Part shown: positions 31,221 through 46,750 of the stretch, one piece after another
Position numbering within the stretch: position 1 is the first letter of the stretch
Layout of the letters: each line of letters starts with the position of its first letter
Origin: the human T2T-CHM13v2.0 reference genome, Homo sapiens
Assembly (NCBI RefSeq): GCF_009914755.1
Contig: NC_060926.1
Reading direction: 5' to 3' (one strand)
DNA: 64,000 nt
Program-made: the position numbers and the translations under genes
Notes under the pieces: generated by a model
The model's database searches: none
What the model was told of the DNA's origin: nothing
What the model saw: only the letters and a program-made list of their open reading frames with translations

Positions 31221-31551
31221 TTTGCCAGGAAACACAGCAGACACAAATAGTAGCTTGCTCTATTTATTCTTATCTTTATATACTTCTATACTATTTAATT
31301 TATATTCAGCTTATCCCTACAATTTAAAAAAAGCACTTGAAACATTTGAAAACTGACAGAAACAAAAGGAAAATGTGTTTAGTATATCTGCACACACACA
31401 GAAACATGGAACACAGACTCTGAGCAAGTCTCTCCCTTCCCTACCTCATTTTCCTCATCCAGTTGGCCTAGCTACATGGTCAGGGATTACTCCATGTGCT
31501 GGTCATCATCTCTAATTACATTAAACATTGCAATAATGATTGTTGTCTTTT

Positions 31552-31626
31552 AATGACAGCCTGCTATGTTAAGCAGTATGCTTGAAAAATGACAGCCTGC
31601 TATGTTAAGCAGTATGCTTGAAAAAT
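31552..31626. repeat. Tandem duplication, period 36
   Basis: AATGACAGCCTGCTATGTTAAGCAGTATGCTTGAAA occurs twice, identical. Confidence 0.95.
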
Positions 31627-32224
31627 AACAGACTCTGGGTAAAAGTGTTCTGAACCAACTGCAAAACAGACTCAAGAGTCAGGGAGGATTGCCCTGTCAG
31701 CTGGACCAAGAATGAGTCAAGACTGCCATTTGTGTTGAGGCTTAGTATTGCTTCTCCCCAGGTTTAGACAGAAGGTAGAAGCAAATGTCCGTTCCTGCTG
31801 GGATACTCTGGCTCCTGGAGTCCACAATAATCTCAAAACTATCTTCCCTCAGAGATAAAGACAACATAATAAGGAAGACTCATCCTTGTCTCCTGCTCCT
31901 GATTCTGTGATGAGTTCTTTTTGAACCATTCTTATCACCAGCAGGGGTCAGGAGTAGGGATGATACTGTCTGAGTTGACAACTCATTAAAATGTCTAAAC
32001 AAATAACTGAACAGAAACCAAATCATAGGCTATCTTTTCATCCTTCTTTGATCCAGAGCATTTAGCAAACCAACCTATTATTTGTTCAGCTATGGTAGAA
32101 CAAATTCTAATAGAACAAATTCAAATAAAGAAATGATTGGGCAGGACCATTTGATAGGTTAATACCTTTTAAATATGTGGGACTAACTAAAAACTAACAA
32201 GCTCAAAATGCCAACTGGTACCCA

Positions 32225-32521
<297 letters not shown>

Positions 32522-32699
32522 CATATTCATTCTCTTAATCTTCTTCTACGTGTATTCTTCTAATCTAATCTATTGCTAATGCAACTGAAGCATATAACTT
32601 TTTTATTGTCCAATGACTGTTGCTGAGTCAAACTTCCCAGCTTCCTCTTAGGTCTACTTTTCAGGGCAAATATATGAAGGTCTTTCCAAAACAGTCTCA

Positions 32700-33372
32700 T
32701 ATCACCAGGTATTACAGAACACCATCTCCTACAGCTCTTTTAAAAATGATCAAGTTTCCTCCATTTCCCTGCCATCAATAGTAGCAGTCCACGTCTAGAC
32801 TATTGCATCAGCCTCCTACCTGTTGTCCCTGAATTCCTTCTCACCCAAGTCCAGTTAATTCATGCTCCTGCAGCAAACAGAATGGTCTTTACAATATGCA
32901 ATTCTGATCATGCCACTCCCCTATTTAAACACGTCAATGGCTTCTGTTGTCCTTAACATGGCTTGGATGGTCCTGTTGATCAGACACTGCCAACCAACTG
33001 TCTTCATTCATGACTCCCTGGCCACAAAACAGACTGGCTAAGACCCTTCCTCCTCTGGTCTTTGTTCATGTTGTTCTGTAAGTCCATATAGCCCATACAG
33101 ACTTCCTGCCTGGAAATACCCACTCATCTTTCCAGTCTCAGAACTCTGTGACCTGAGGCTAGGTCAGGTCTCCCTATTAGTCACTCTCCCAGCTTCCTAG
33201 ACTTCTCCTTCAAGCATTTAACACACCTGTAATTAAATGACGATGAGTGTGGTAACTTCTCATTAGAAGTTAAGATCCTTGACAGCAAGGATCATAACTT
33301 GTTCTTCATTCATCCCAATAGCTAGTTCAGTGCCTAGCACACAGTAGTGCTCGGTAGATATTTGTTAACTAA
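32700..33372 (+). mobile_element. L2 3' fragment
   Basis: GACTATTGCATCAGCCTCCTACCTG..CTGATCATGCCACTCCCCT..GTGCCTAGCACACAGTAG; boundaries approximate. Confidence 0.65.
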
Positions 33373-33408
33373 TGCTATTTATTCTTGCCCTGTGATCTTT
33401 TCCTATGA

Positions 33409-33627
33409 CAGAAGTTAGCAAATTTTTTCTGCAAAGGGCTGGATAGTAAATATTTTAGGCTTTGTAGGTCTTATGGTCTTCTGCAACTACTCAATTCTGC
33501 CACTGTAGCCTGAAAGCAGCCACAGAAAATGTGTAAACAAATGGATGTGTTATGTTGTAATAAAACTTAATTTACAAAAACAAGTGGCAACTGGACTGGC
33601 CCAAGCACCACAGTATGCCAACCCCCG
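33409..33627 (+). mobile_element. MER58A-like MITE
   Basis: GCAAATTTTTTCTGCAAAGGGC..GATAGTAAATATTTTAGGCTTTG..TGCCAACCCC. Confidence 0.82.
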
Positions 33628-33695
33628 TTCTGGAATCTCCTTTAACCAATCTACCATGAAGATCTTGAATAAACTTACGAAAAGAAAACACTGAC

Positions 33696-33812
33696 CTCTT
33701 CAAGATGTTTGGTCTTTTGCGCAATCTGTTTGTTCAAGGAAATGACTTTCCGGCGATGTAGCTGGGAGGTTCCTAATTTTTCTGGACTTTCTTCAGCTGA
33801 TAGCTCAGACTG
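33696..33812 (-). CDS. CCDC93: CCDC93 coding exon (~exon 12), 117 nt: [39 protein letters not shown]
   Basis: Acceptor ttttttccacag|CAG, donor GAG|gtcagt. Confidence 0.94.
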
Positions 33813-36024
33813 CTGTGGAAAAAAGGGATGGCAAATCCAAAGGATTTAGTTAGTTGACCTTGGTTCATGTAATCAAGCCCTGTTCAATGTGGGCAAAGCA
33901 GTACTGGGCAGCCAGTCACATCAAGCCAGGGCATTTACAGAGGCCTGTTCAAAACCTGGCGTACAGAAGAGATTCTGACACAATGACCAAAATCCCTATC
34001 AACAGAACCTGCATTCTGGGCTGAGGGAACAGCATGTGTAAAAAAGTACAGGGACATAACTGTGGTTATGTCAATATCATATAGGCAACAGGTATCATCA
34101 AAAAGTCTTAAATAGGGGAATAACATGGCCATAGTAATATCTTCATAAGACCATTCTGGAGTTATCAAGAATAATGAATTGATTCACTGTGATCGAAGTA
34201 TTATAAGCAAATGGTTAAAAAAGTCTAGCCATTCAGCAGCACTTATAATGAAGAGTCTCCCAACACATTTTCCATCACTTGGCCCACTCCAATTTAATCA
34301 TTTCCTATTTCTGATGTTCTGGAGTTAACAGGGGATTGATTGGAAAGGGATTAAAGGTGCTGAGAGAGGTCAGGTAGGAAAAGTTCTGCAACTCTATAAG
34401 GGAGGAGGGGGTGGAGAAGGATCCTCAGGACCAGGAGTGAGTGTGAGAGAGATCTCTGAACAAGATGATGAGGTGAATGTGATAACATTTTCCAGGAGGG
34501 CAAATGGCCATTCCTGAAAAACCACACAAAGAAGTAAGCAGCTTAGTGTAGATACTGAATACAAACACCGCCTCAAGACTCCTGTGAGAAGCCCCAGGAA
34601 AAAGAAATTAAAAGGTAGACCTTTTTGCAATAAGTGCAATTATAATACTTCTTGGATGATTATAGTTTTATTAAACAGTCAAACACCAACAATAAAACAT
34701 CTCCTTTCTTATAGTAAGTACCCCAATTCCAAGCTAATCATTGATTCTAAACTCACATGCAACAAAAACCATTTGGATATTCAACTTTCCCTGAATGTTT
34801 TAACAGTGTCCTAGGCTTGAAAGTCTAAGATATTTACCCACAGGAAAAAGAAATGGGAAAGTGAGAATGAGGAGAAATTGGATGGCCATAACCATTTATT
34901 CTGGTTAAGGATTTCTCTGAATAATTCAGCAGGTATTATTAATGGATGATGAGTTCTTCTGCTACTTAACAATTTTGGAGTTACAAAACAACCAGCAGGA
35001 TACAGCTGCATAAAATGGTAAGAAACATCACTTTCTGTCTCATGGGCTGGTAGGCCATAAAGGAAACAGAAAAACTAAGCATTTATTATTACAACACATT
35101 TAGCCTTGAAACCTGGGACTGTGTAAAATGTCAACATTATTTTAGCTTTTAGGATTTCTGGGAATTGGAATTAACTTTTTAAAATTAATTTTGGACGCAC
35201 CAAGATATTCACAACTTGTAGTATGGAGAAGGACAAACTATTTCTGAAAATTATTTGAGAGTATTAAAAAAGGGTGGTGGAAGAGGAAAGACCAGCCCCA
35301 CTCTAAATCACTTACAAAAACAGAATTACAATTAACTACATCTCCTCTACTTTGATTGGATTGACCTGAACTATGCTATTAATTTGGCCACTTTTGTATG
35401 TTATGTATTTAATAGCTTTTTTATAGTTAATTTTAGCTTTGAGTTTTAATATCCAGCTTAGATTCCTTGACTTTGACTTCCAAAGTGTCATAAGCATATT
35501 CTCAGAGCATTGTGCTTTACTAGCCGAATTACATAAGCCTTCTATTCATGCTTTTCTGATACCTGAAACAGAACTAATTTCCCATACAGTATGTCTCTAT
35601 GTTTGGTGTGAGGATTATGCTTCAGTATCCTGACCTCCTCCAGATGCCTGTCAGGCTTCGAGACTGAGACGTGGGCAGGCAGGCTCCAGTGGATCCATGT
35701 ATCACTCACCTTCCAGACTTCCTCCAGTGTGTGGGGGCTGAGTAAACTCATTCAATTCTGTTCTGCAGCTTTGGCATGGATTGGGTGATGTCTCTGACTG
35801 TTAGCAAGCTTTCTTGCTCATAAACTGCTTTTATGGCCAAAGTCCTAAGAAAATAAAAACTGCATTCCCCCACCCAGCTTCCATGCTCTCGTATTAGTGT
35901 ATGTGGCACACATACAGCTTTGTTTTAAAATTATGACCTTCAGACTTCACTTACAAGAATTCTTCTTGCAGGAAAACCAGCAGCCATCTTGATATGTGGA
36001 AAGATTATTTCTGTTGATAGCTAT

Positions 36025-36383
36025 CTAAGTCTCAATTTTGAGCCACATGCTCCCTCAAAACCCTGTCAGAAGGTCTCAGAGGCCAAATACCTTTTCATAA
36101 TAATATGTTATTTGCCTTTTCACTCTCATTCTCGTGATTATACAGTGACATCTTCCAGATGTTACATGACATGTGATATCACTGATCTGATGTTAATATT
36201 AATGTGCTCATTATAATTTGTAAGTAAATACATAAGCTATTGGGTATGAATTAATACATGTTACTGTCAATGAATACGTAAGCTACTGTAAATGAATTAA
36301 AATACACAAGCTATTGAGTCCTCAGTTATTTTTAAGAGTCTTTAACTGGGTCCTGAAAGTATTATAAAATGTTGAGAACTGCT
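36025..36383 (+). mobile_element. Charlie1-type hAT element, internally deleted
   Basis: TTTTCATAATAAT..TTATTTGCCTTTTCACTCTCATTCTC and a GTCCTGA..GTTGAGAACTGCT end. Confidence 0.6.
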
Positions 36384-37692
36384 ACTTTAATCTAAGGAGC
36401 CTGGTTCACTTGGTAACCCACCCATGGGCTGGGACAGTCAATGGGGTGGGCTCACCAACTGGCCAGCCATCGTTTATGTAACACCGAGAGGGAAAAGTTC
36501 TTTCTCATTCTGCTCTTTTACTAGACCCGTGATTCAGACAACCATACAGAGAGAAAATGCTCGCAATGCACAGAAAAATATCTTGAAATCTCTATAGGTA
36601 CCTCTACCATATCTGTTATAGCAGTATATGTTCCAAGGAAACATGAGCTTTCAAACTGCTCTCTTTTATTGGTAGGTAATAATTCTTAGTCCTGTGTGGA
36701 GTCCTGTAAATGTACATTTACTGGCGCACAGTACTTATAAACTTGTAAGTTCCTCTGTTTGCCTCTGAGTTTAGAGACAGTGCTATGGGAAGCTGCTTTG
36801 TTTAATGGGAAGTTATTTTTAGTCAGATAAAACAGTTTATTACTGAGCTGAAATGAGAGTTCCTAACCTAGTAAACAGAAAGCTGACCGCTCTGTTTTTC
36901 AAACACACTTTTTATTAAGCAATCTAAATTTTTTGTTTCTCAAAGCCAAGAGAACTCAGACTGATGAAGACAGGAACAGGTCCGTAAACCAGCAGGTCTC
37001 ATCTAATGGTTCATTCACTGAGAGATACGATGAGAAAGAAAACTAGATGACCAAGGTGGATTTTGAATGATGAGACAAAGTCAGACAGAAGGAGAAGAGG
37101 AAAAGGGGCTTTATACTAAATCCTTGACAGAAAAAATTTAAACCGTAGAGCATCTTAACAGATTTCTGCTGCCAAAATGCAACATCTGTCAAAGAACATC
37201 AACCATCTACAAATATTCCATTTGTGTTTACATTGCAGTGAGGGCTAAAGTGCCAATCTAATTTGTTCAACATTTTCAGATTAAGAACGTGCTTTCAAAA
37301 CCACATTGTGGATTAAGATGACTTCTAGTGTAAATTTAGTGTTTTCTAATAACTGACAGATATTCACAACTTCTATTTTTAGAGGAAACAGATTTAAATG
37401 TCACCGAATAATATTAGTCTAGTTCAAAATGGTAAATTCCCAAGAGAAGCAAAAAATGATTACTTTAGCTAAAACTATATACTTTTATAATTGAAAGAAA
37501 CCCAAAAGGTTATTTACACATCAACCTTCTAATACAGGGTTCTCTCCTATATCATCTCCCTACCCCACCAAAATATGGTCACTAAGCTGACAATAATAAA
37601 GAATTCCTATCTTACAAGGTACCAGGAGTTCTCTACACTAAATAGATGGACTTCAATTTTTGGTACCCTGACTGACCAATTAAGGACAAGTA

Positions 37693-38003
<311 letters not shown>

Positions 38004-39888
38004 CTATGTGAAATATTTATTTAAAAATGTTTTTAAATCTAAGAACTAGCAAGAATGTTAAATTTCGGAAGGCCAAAAAGTAACTGAAAGTGGGAATCCA
38101 GGAATGTATATGTACCCACTGAAGTTGGCTTTTTTTCCTGAGAGTATTTGCCAAAACCTGATGATCACAAGCTTTGATTTTTACAATTCAGTAACAACTT
38201 TTTACCACATAAATCTTGATACAGCTGTAAGAGGGAAAAAATCCACAATGAGATTTTGTAACAACAGATTGGACCTCATGCAGTTCTGCAATCCTAATTC
38301 ACACACTACTTTGGGGCAAAAAACCCATAAGTAAGGACTAGGTATAAAATGCACTTGGGCTGAAGTATCCCCAGGTGCTTGGCAGAAGCAAAAGCAGATC
38401 TTCCCTGAAAGAACAGAGCTTCAATCCTAGGCCTCAAATAGTTCCTACAGATAAACTTCTAAGGAATATGGGGCTCACAGTCAAAAATCAAAAGCAGACA
38501 AGAAGTCAAACTACCATAAACAAAAGCCAGTGAAAACAGACAGCAGAACTGCATCTGTAAAGACTTATTCAAATACACCCCCTCCCAATGCACACACCAT
38601 ATACATACAAGCATGCCCATTCCTCCCTAAAGCAACAGATTAAATCTAATCACTCTTTCAGATAACAGTTCAACTAAGTGTCTACAGCTCTTCCACCTGT
38701 CCTTTCTATAACAAGATGCTGACACCTTTCACCACCTTGGATGTTATCCTAGTTTGTAAGTGAACTTCTAAAGCACTCCTGATGATGTGTGACCACTGCA
38801 GATAGGAGGGAATCATCCACTTTCCCTGATCTATATTCTGCTTCCAAAAATGAAACTCAATACATGAATGCTCTTTTCAATATTTTTAAAACCCACTAAT
38901 GAAATTCCATGAATTTCAAAAACCCATAGTTATGTAACCTTGTTGAGTCTAAGGCTTTGCTTTGGGTCCCACTGTGAGTAATGCGGTGTGCCTGCTCAGA
39001 ATGCACTTAACATTTAGGAGGTGTGAACAAAATCCAAAACCTCCTCTTTAATCCCCATACACTACTGTCAGGTCAGATGGCATCCTCACCAAATCATGAA
39101 TTGGTACAACTCACTTTTCTGAAATTCAACAGTTTTTTCATTTTTCTTAAGTGATGTTCCAATTATCTTTGCAAGTGATGCTTTAAGTGATGCTCAAATC
39201 TGGCAAGGCTAAAGTCCAAGTCTTTATGCAAATTGATACGGACTCTGAAATGTATAAGTTGTGCTGTGTGGCTTGAGATCATTTTACCAGGCTGACAATT
39301 CATTAGTTGATACCATTATCCTTGCAGTTAGGTATTGTATACTAATTACGTAAGAGTCGATCCGAATTCAGGAAATCTTAGAGCCGTTTGTAAACAGAAA
39401 CATATTTAGCATTGTTCTCTCCAGATTTACAGGGTTCCTTACTCTCTTAACTCTGATTAAAATTTTAAATCTCTCTCCCCACCTTCCTTGGCTTATTTCA
39501 GCTAATCTTTACTCAGATCTTATTGTGTGGGGGCACGGTGGTATGCACTGGGGAAGTGGGAAAAGACAAAGACTGTACCTCTGGCCCTTCATAATCTAGC
39601 CAGACAAAACCAGCTAATTCGTAAGTAAAGGTGTTGCATCCTCTGCATTCTCCTCAATGCCTAAATTGTGTCACAGAGGAAAAGGGTTTTGAAAGCTGCT
39701 GTTGTTCCTTCCTCTCCCTCTCTTCCTTTCTTCTTTCCTTCAGCAAATATCTGTGAAAACCCAATTGTGTTGGGCACTGAGAGTATACTATAATCCTAGC
39801 CCTCCTGGAAAGCAAACATTCTAGTCCTGGGAGACAAGCAAAGAAACAAACGAAACAGTGCTTGAGGGAAGTGCTACAAAGGAGATAA

Positions 39889-40234
<346 letters not shown>

Positions 40235-41569
40235 CAGAATCATTGCTAATGGCTATCAGGTGAGTCTCCACAAAGTCTTCAAGTGATCCATTATCTTCTA
40301 CTGAGTATTTATTATGAATGAAGCAACAGGAATACAAAGATAAAAAATGAAATATTGGCCCTCTAAAACTTCAGAGGTTAGGAATATGATTTATGCAACA
40401 CCTATTATGTTATGTGAGGAAATAGTATCTAGAATGAAGGGGTTTAAAAATCTACCTAGACCCCCACCCCTCCTGATTTTAGACCCCCAAACCCTCCTGG
40501 GTTTTTCTATCTGTGGCCACAATAGGAGGTTTCCAAGAGAGGAACACCCCCACCCCTTTCCTGACTCATACTACACTTCTCCCCAACTCCACAAACCGAT
40601 GCTGCTAGCAAGTGGTAACATTTTTTGAGTTGGGCAGGATGATAGGATTGGAAACACTCACATCTAAGCTTATTAGAAATCACACAGGTGGCAGATCAGG
40701 CTGATTTTCTAACAAAGCAGTCAGGGTCCCCGGGCTGCTAAGCTTCCTGTTACTTTCTGGCCCAGGCAATGTCCCTGGGGTGTGGTATCTTCACTCAGTC
40801 CTAAGCCCTTCCCTTTTCCATTTCTAACCCCATGGTATAATTTTAAAAGTCATCCATTCTGCCTGGTTATTATCAGGCAAAAATATTTTAATATCAACAA
40901 AAATATCAACAACTTTTCTTTGGGCAGATACTGTCACTTCAAATGATAACACAAACCTAGTAGCACCCGGCAGCCACTTTATAGGCATACAAATTGTATT
41001 ATTCTGTAATTTATGTTTTCACAGGTTGACTGACTCCTTACTGGAAGCCCCTCAGGGCCGCAACCCTGACTCACGCGTAACGCAATCCCTGCCCCCTACA
41101 CCTGACACTGCCTGGATGCAGATCTACTCAACAGGTGTTTGCTGAAAGAAGAAATATATCTAATCACTCTTTCACATGACAGTGATTATGAGGTCAATTC
41201 CATCAGTTCTCTGGCAGAAAAAAAAAACAAAGACTTAAAATATAAAAAGATTGTATTAATTTAAAAATATATTTTCAGAAGACTTCATACGTTTGGAAAA
41301 AGTGTAAGAGTTACAAACCCAGGGTGGAGAAATAACAACGTGAAGGCAACTACTAAGAGGACAAACGATATATTAACAATTGATTCTTTTGGGTCAATTC
41401 CCTCCAACTTTGTTGAATAAATTTCCTGAGGGCCTAGTGGAAACGAAGGCCTTATGGGGGTGCTAGCCACCATGTGTGCCCCATATCTGTTGGTAGAAAA
41501 GTAATCCCTGTCTCCTACTCTTTCTAGTTCAGAGGGGCTGCCAGTCACACCCAACTCCTGGCAACAATG

Positions 41570-41855
41570 GGCCTGGGGAGAAATCTGTGACCTAAGCCAT
41601 GACAGACAGAGGACAGTCCTTCCTTAGGATTTTATACACTGATGGAGGAAGGGGGCAGTAAGACAGAAACTGTCTACAGTCAGGCCTCCAAGGTGATGAA
41701 GCCAAGACAGAGACAAAGTGAAGCAAGGGTAAAGGGATATGGCAGGGCCATTTGAGTCCCCCACTAAATACTTCCAGTTCTGAGAGCTGATAAAGGCTCC
41801 CTTTTGCTTATAGCAACATGCTGGGTAGAATTCCTATTACTTGCACCCAAAAGGC
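41570..41855 (+). mobile_element. Old MLT1(J/K)-like LTR remnant
   Basis: TGTGACCTAAGCC..TTCCAGTTCTGAGAGCTGATAAA..TTACTTGCACCCAAAAG; boundaries approximate. Confidence 0.5.
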
Positions 41856-42332
41856 TTAAAAGGCAAAGGGTCCAACTTAGTGAGTGACAGAACTGAAGAG
41901 GCAGTCTTCTCTGCTGATTGCATCATAAAGTGGAATAAAAATCATCATGATAGATGGGGACAAGATCTGCTCTAATCAAATGTGGCTGTCTGCTTTTTCT
42001 AGAAGAGACACTTTCCTTTGTGTTTTTTCATAAGTACATCCTTGACCATACCCAAGCTCTAATTATCTGGCGAGATTCCCCAGGTGCTCTGGAAAGATAT
42101 GACTTCAAGATAGAGCAAAGGCTTCTAACTGCCAGAGAATGATTCTCAGAATCAAAAGGTCAGAGGCAATGGTGCCAGAATTTCTTAATTGCTGGACAGG
42201 AAAATTTCCAAAACCCATTAAGGAAAAATTCCTTCCACAAATAAGTCCCTTGATGATCTAAAATACACCTTGCTATGGAAATGAGATCAAGATGTTGACA
42301 TTCTTCGGGCTAGGATATTACCTCCCACTGCC

Positions 42333-42624
42333 TTTTTTTTCTGAAACAAAGTCTCTCTCTGTCGCCCAGGCTGGAGTGCAGTGGCGCGATCTCAGCTCAC
42401 TGCAACCTCCGCCTCCCAGGTTCAAGCTACCAATCCCACCTCAGCCTCCCAAGTAGCTGGGATTACAAGCATGTGCCACCACACCCAGCTAATTTTTGTA
42501 TTTTAGTAGAGACAGGGTTTCACCATGTTGGCCAGGCTGGTCTCAAACTCCTGACCTCAAGTGATCTGCCTGCCTCAGCCTTCCAAAGTGCTGGGATTAC
42601 AGGCGTGAGCCACCATGCCTAGCC
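42333..42624 (-). mobile_element. AluS (Sz/Sx-like)
   Basis: Full dimer; flanking direct repeat GATATTACC. Confidence 0.88.
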
Positions 42625-44319
42625 AGATATTACCCTTTAAAGAACTGCATGAGACCACATTAATGTGGTATTCTCCAGAAACATGAAGAGTCACTTAGAT
42701 ACTCCAAATACAAACTTCCACGGCTTTCAGCAGCTTAGGTTTATGGTGTGTGAGTGCCTGGGCTGAGCTGCACCATTTTCACTTTCTCTTGTTTCCGTGG
42801 TTAGTTCCCGGTATGCCCTAGCTACCAATAGCCCAAGGTAGGCAGTTGAATAGTGGGACAGTCTAAGGAGGCACAGCCACAGCCAAGCCTGGAAGGCAGA
42901 CACTAAGGATGGTAAAGGAGGCTGTCCCTGCTTCTCCCTAAGGAAGCTCCACCTAGCCAAGGAGAAAGATTGCAAAGTCAAAACAGTCCTGCACTCAAAC
43001 CTGGAACTTATTAGCTGTATGGCACTGGACAAGTCACATAATCTCGTTTCTTTGCCTGCAAAATGGATATAATATCACGTACTCATTTATAGAGCACCAA
43101 CACTGGTGGGCCCTTAGCGAGACTCTCAGATTACAGACAAGAGTAAAGGTGGTCCACAGCCACATAAACAGATAGTTTCAACTGCATATAAGTATAATGA
43201 TGGAGGAAGGCAGAGGATTATAAGCAGGAAGGCAGCCTATACGAATTAAATGAGATAATTTTTTAGAATTAAAAAATAAGAACTAAATGAGATAATGGTA
43301 CACAAAGAATCTGCATGGAGAGGCACTCAGGGTAGATTCAGATTCACCAAGACAAATCTGTGCCTCTAGAGCTATAAAATATTCAGATCCTTTAGAGCTA
43401 CAAAATGTTCCAATATCCTGTCTTAGGGAGAAGTCAACCAATGAATGATTTAGTTGGCAGACTAAGTATTAAAGCGGTCAAAACGGTGTATGGTTAGTTA
43501 GTATGCAGCATTAGGGAAAGTCCCTTCCTGCCCTCCCAGGGACCTTGCAACTTCCCTGGCCCAGCTTCCTTTTCTTTCTTCTGGCTCCTATCAAGCTTAG
43601 GGGGTTGCAGGGCGGAAATATATTTTGGACAGTCAGGCATTTCAGTTTTCTGTAAATCAGAGTAATAGATTCTTCTTCCCTGTAAAAATAAATGCTATGA
43701 TGCAGTGAGAATATTAGACATGAACACCAAAAGCACACTGGTACTTCTTGTAGCACATTCAGGGAAGGGTGTTACCCTTTGGAAACAATGGCAGATGGAG
43801 CTACTCAGCCTAGAGTCTACGGACACTCATGAATTATGTATCTGGAAGCTTCTTCACATTCCTCTTTCTGCTGCTCTACAAGAACCATATTGAGTTACAT
43901 GTCTCAGGAACTTTGAGATACATGTTATGTTACACTCTTATAAGAAACTTGTGAACTTTACCAGTAAAAGAGAATACTGCACATGTTTTTTACCTTGTTT
44001 TTATATCCCAGTGCCTGTGAAGTTTCCAAACACTCACATCTGGCAGGCTATTCAATTTATTCCCTGGTCACAAAATCATTTTTACACTTGATCCTCCCCG
44101 CAAATTATCCTTTTCCCTCTCTTCATAAAGAAAAAAAAAATCCTGATCTCAGCCTAAGTGAGTTTTTCTCAGATACTACCAACAGCTTCCCTCCTGGGCA
44201 TTCCTCAATCCCATCTCTATTTCCAAGGTATATTACTGAGACCCTGAAGGTGGCAGCATTGCCAGTGTCCAGTTTCAGCCCAATCTGTGGCAGTATGATT
44301 AAAAGACCAATAAGCAAAC

Positions 44320-44861
44320 CATGGTAGACAACTCTACAATGGCCCCATGATTCCCACCTGCTGATGTTCACACCTGCCTTTGTGTAACCCCTTTCTTTTG
44401 GGTGTGGACGGAAGCTGTGCCTTGCTTCTAACCAACAGAATACACCACAGAGAAAAGGCAGTCTTTTGATTACATATATGTAATTACGTTATGTAAGTCT
44501 ATAATGCCTGCCCTGCAGGGAGATGCCCTCCCTTGCTAGCTTTGATGAAATAAGTGGCAATGTAGGAGAGGCTCATGTGACAAGGAACTGCGGGTAGCCT
44601 CCAGCTAACGGCCAGCAAAAACTGGTGACCTCAGTGAGCAGGTTGCAAGGAACTGAATGCTGCCAACAACCATGTAAGCTTGGAAGCGAATCCTTCCCCA
44701 GTAGAGCCTCAGATGAGACTGCAGCCTTGTAAGAGTCACAGAGGGTGCTGCTAAGCTGTGCCCAACTGCTGCCCCACAGAAACAGTGAGACAATAAATGT
44801 GTGTTATTTTAAGTGACTACATTTGTGGCAGTACTGCCACACAATAGCAGATAACCACACA
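44320..44861 (+). mobile_element. MLT1E/F-like MaLR LTR
   Basis: AAGGAACTGAATGCTGCCAACAACCATGTAAGCTTGGAAGC..CTCAGATGAGACTGCAGCC..CCCACAGAAACAGTGAGACAATAAATG. Confidence 0.8.
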
Positions 44862-44868
44862 AACAACG

Positions 44869-45431
44869 TGAGAATGAGAAAAGCAGCCCCTGACGTCTGA
44901 AAGCTAGCCTGGTACTATTAGCAAGGCATTGATGTTGGTGGGAGGCTGACTTGCACTCATAACCAGGCCTTGTTGCAAAACATAAACAATTTCAAAGAAC
45001 ACCAATACCAGACAAGGCCACCCTATGACTATGAGTATGTCCGAACATGGACGAAAACATAAACATTGTCCGAATCACAAAAATGACCAAATATCCCCTA
45101 TACTAGCTATTACACATACATAGCTTTAACCTTGATTCATTTTCCCCATGTCTTAGAGATAAGATTTATTAAGATACTCATTGACAGACTCACCCTTCCT
45201 TACAGCATCGAACCCAAAGCAAAGCCCCACTTCCTTGAACCCTCCTTCAAGTCACCTTACATAAGTCCAAATCCTATACTAAGTCCTTTCTGACACATTC
45301 TTACTGAAAGGCCCCATGATTCCCATTGGTATGTGTTCTCCCTCACTACAAGCAGCAATATACCCAACTTGTTCAACCACAGATATGTTCCTAATTGAAC
45401 AAACTAGGTCTTTGACTGGAGAGCACTGACA
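44869..45431 (+). mobile_element. ERV1-class solo LTR (MER67-like)
   Basis: TG...CA termini; GAAAAGCAGCCCCTGAC start and CCAGACAAGGCCAC motif. Family recognised from memory only. Confidence 0.5.
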
Positions 45432-46412
45432 AAACAAAAACAAATCAAGCAAATAACAAAAACACCATGCATGACTTTACCACAGAACTGCATAAAATAG
45501 AAGTATAAACCAATAATACAAGAAAGAGGCCATACTCAGTTTAGCTATAAGACATAAAAATAGAATCAAGTATCTCCAAATGAGTAGAAAGAAATTATCT
45601 GACAAACAGTAGTAGGATAAGTGGATATGAATAGGAAAACTAGGACAGGTCCCCACTTTAGGCTAAAGAAGAATAAATTCTACATAGGTTAAAGAATTAA
45701 ACATAATTAATAAAAGACCAGCTGACATGCATTAACTATTTTACCAGATCCATGGAAAAACAATGAACCTCTCATTTGGAAACAAGAATAAAAAAAAAAG
45801 ACTGACCAACTTGGGTACAAATTCCTTGTATATAATGAAAAACAATACAAAAGTAAAATAAAGTGCCTGAGAAATACTTGCATCACAGTGACAATATATT
45901 TAAATCTGAAGTATAGACTTTATTCAAATTCACAAGGAAAACGTTACTCGAGTATAGTCTATAACAGACAATTCAGAGAAGAAAACACAGTAAACAGTCC
46001 TGTATTCAAACCTGGAACTTATTAGTTACATGGTACTGGATGAGTTCTCTGTAACCTGTACTTACACAGAACCATCTTCGATCCTCTCAGTGGTCTACAG
46101 AGCTGCCATTTTATAGTTGCTACAGTAACAAATTAGACAAACAAAAAAATCAAAGCTGGAAATATTGGGGGCATATGCTGGGAAGTCCCTTCACAACTGT
46201 TAGTATTTTACGTAGTTGTAACACACAGAGGGAGTGATAACCAATCATCCAACACCTAGAAAACCTCTCAGCAGAAACTATCTGATCACATTTCACAATA
46301 TTATCCACAATGGCAAACAGAAACAACTTAAAATTGTGTCTAACAAAAAAAAGTTTAATGAACTGCGCTGTATTAACACATAAATTATGTAGTTATTAAA
46401 ATAAATGGGAAC

Positions 46413-46750
<338 letters not shown>

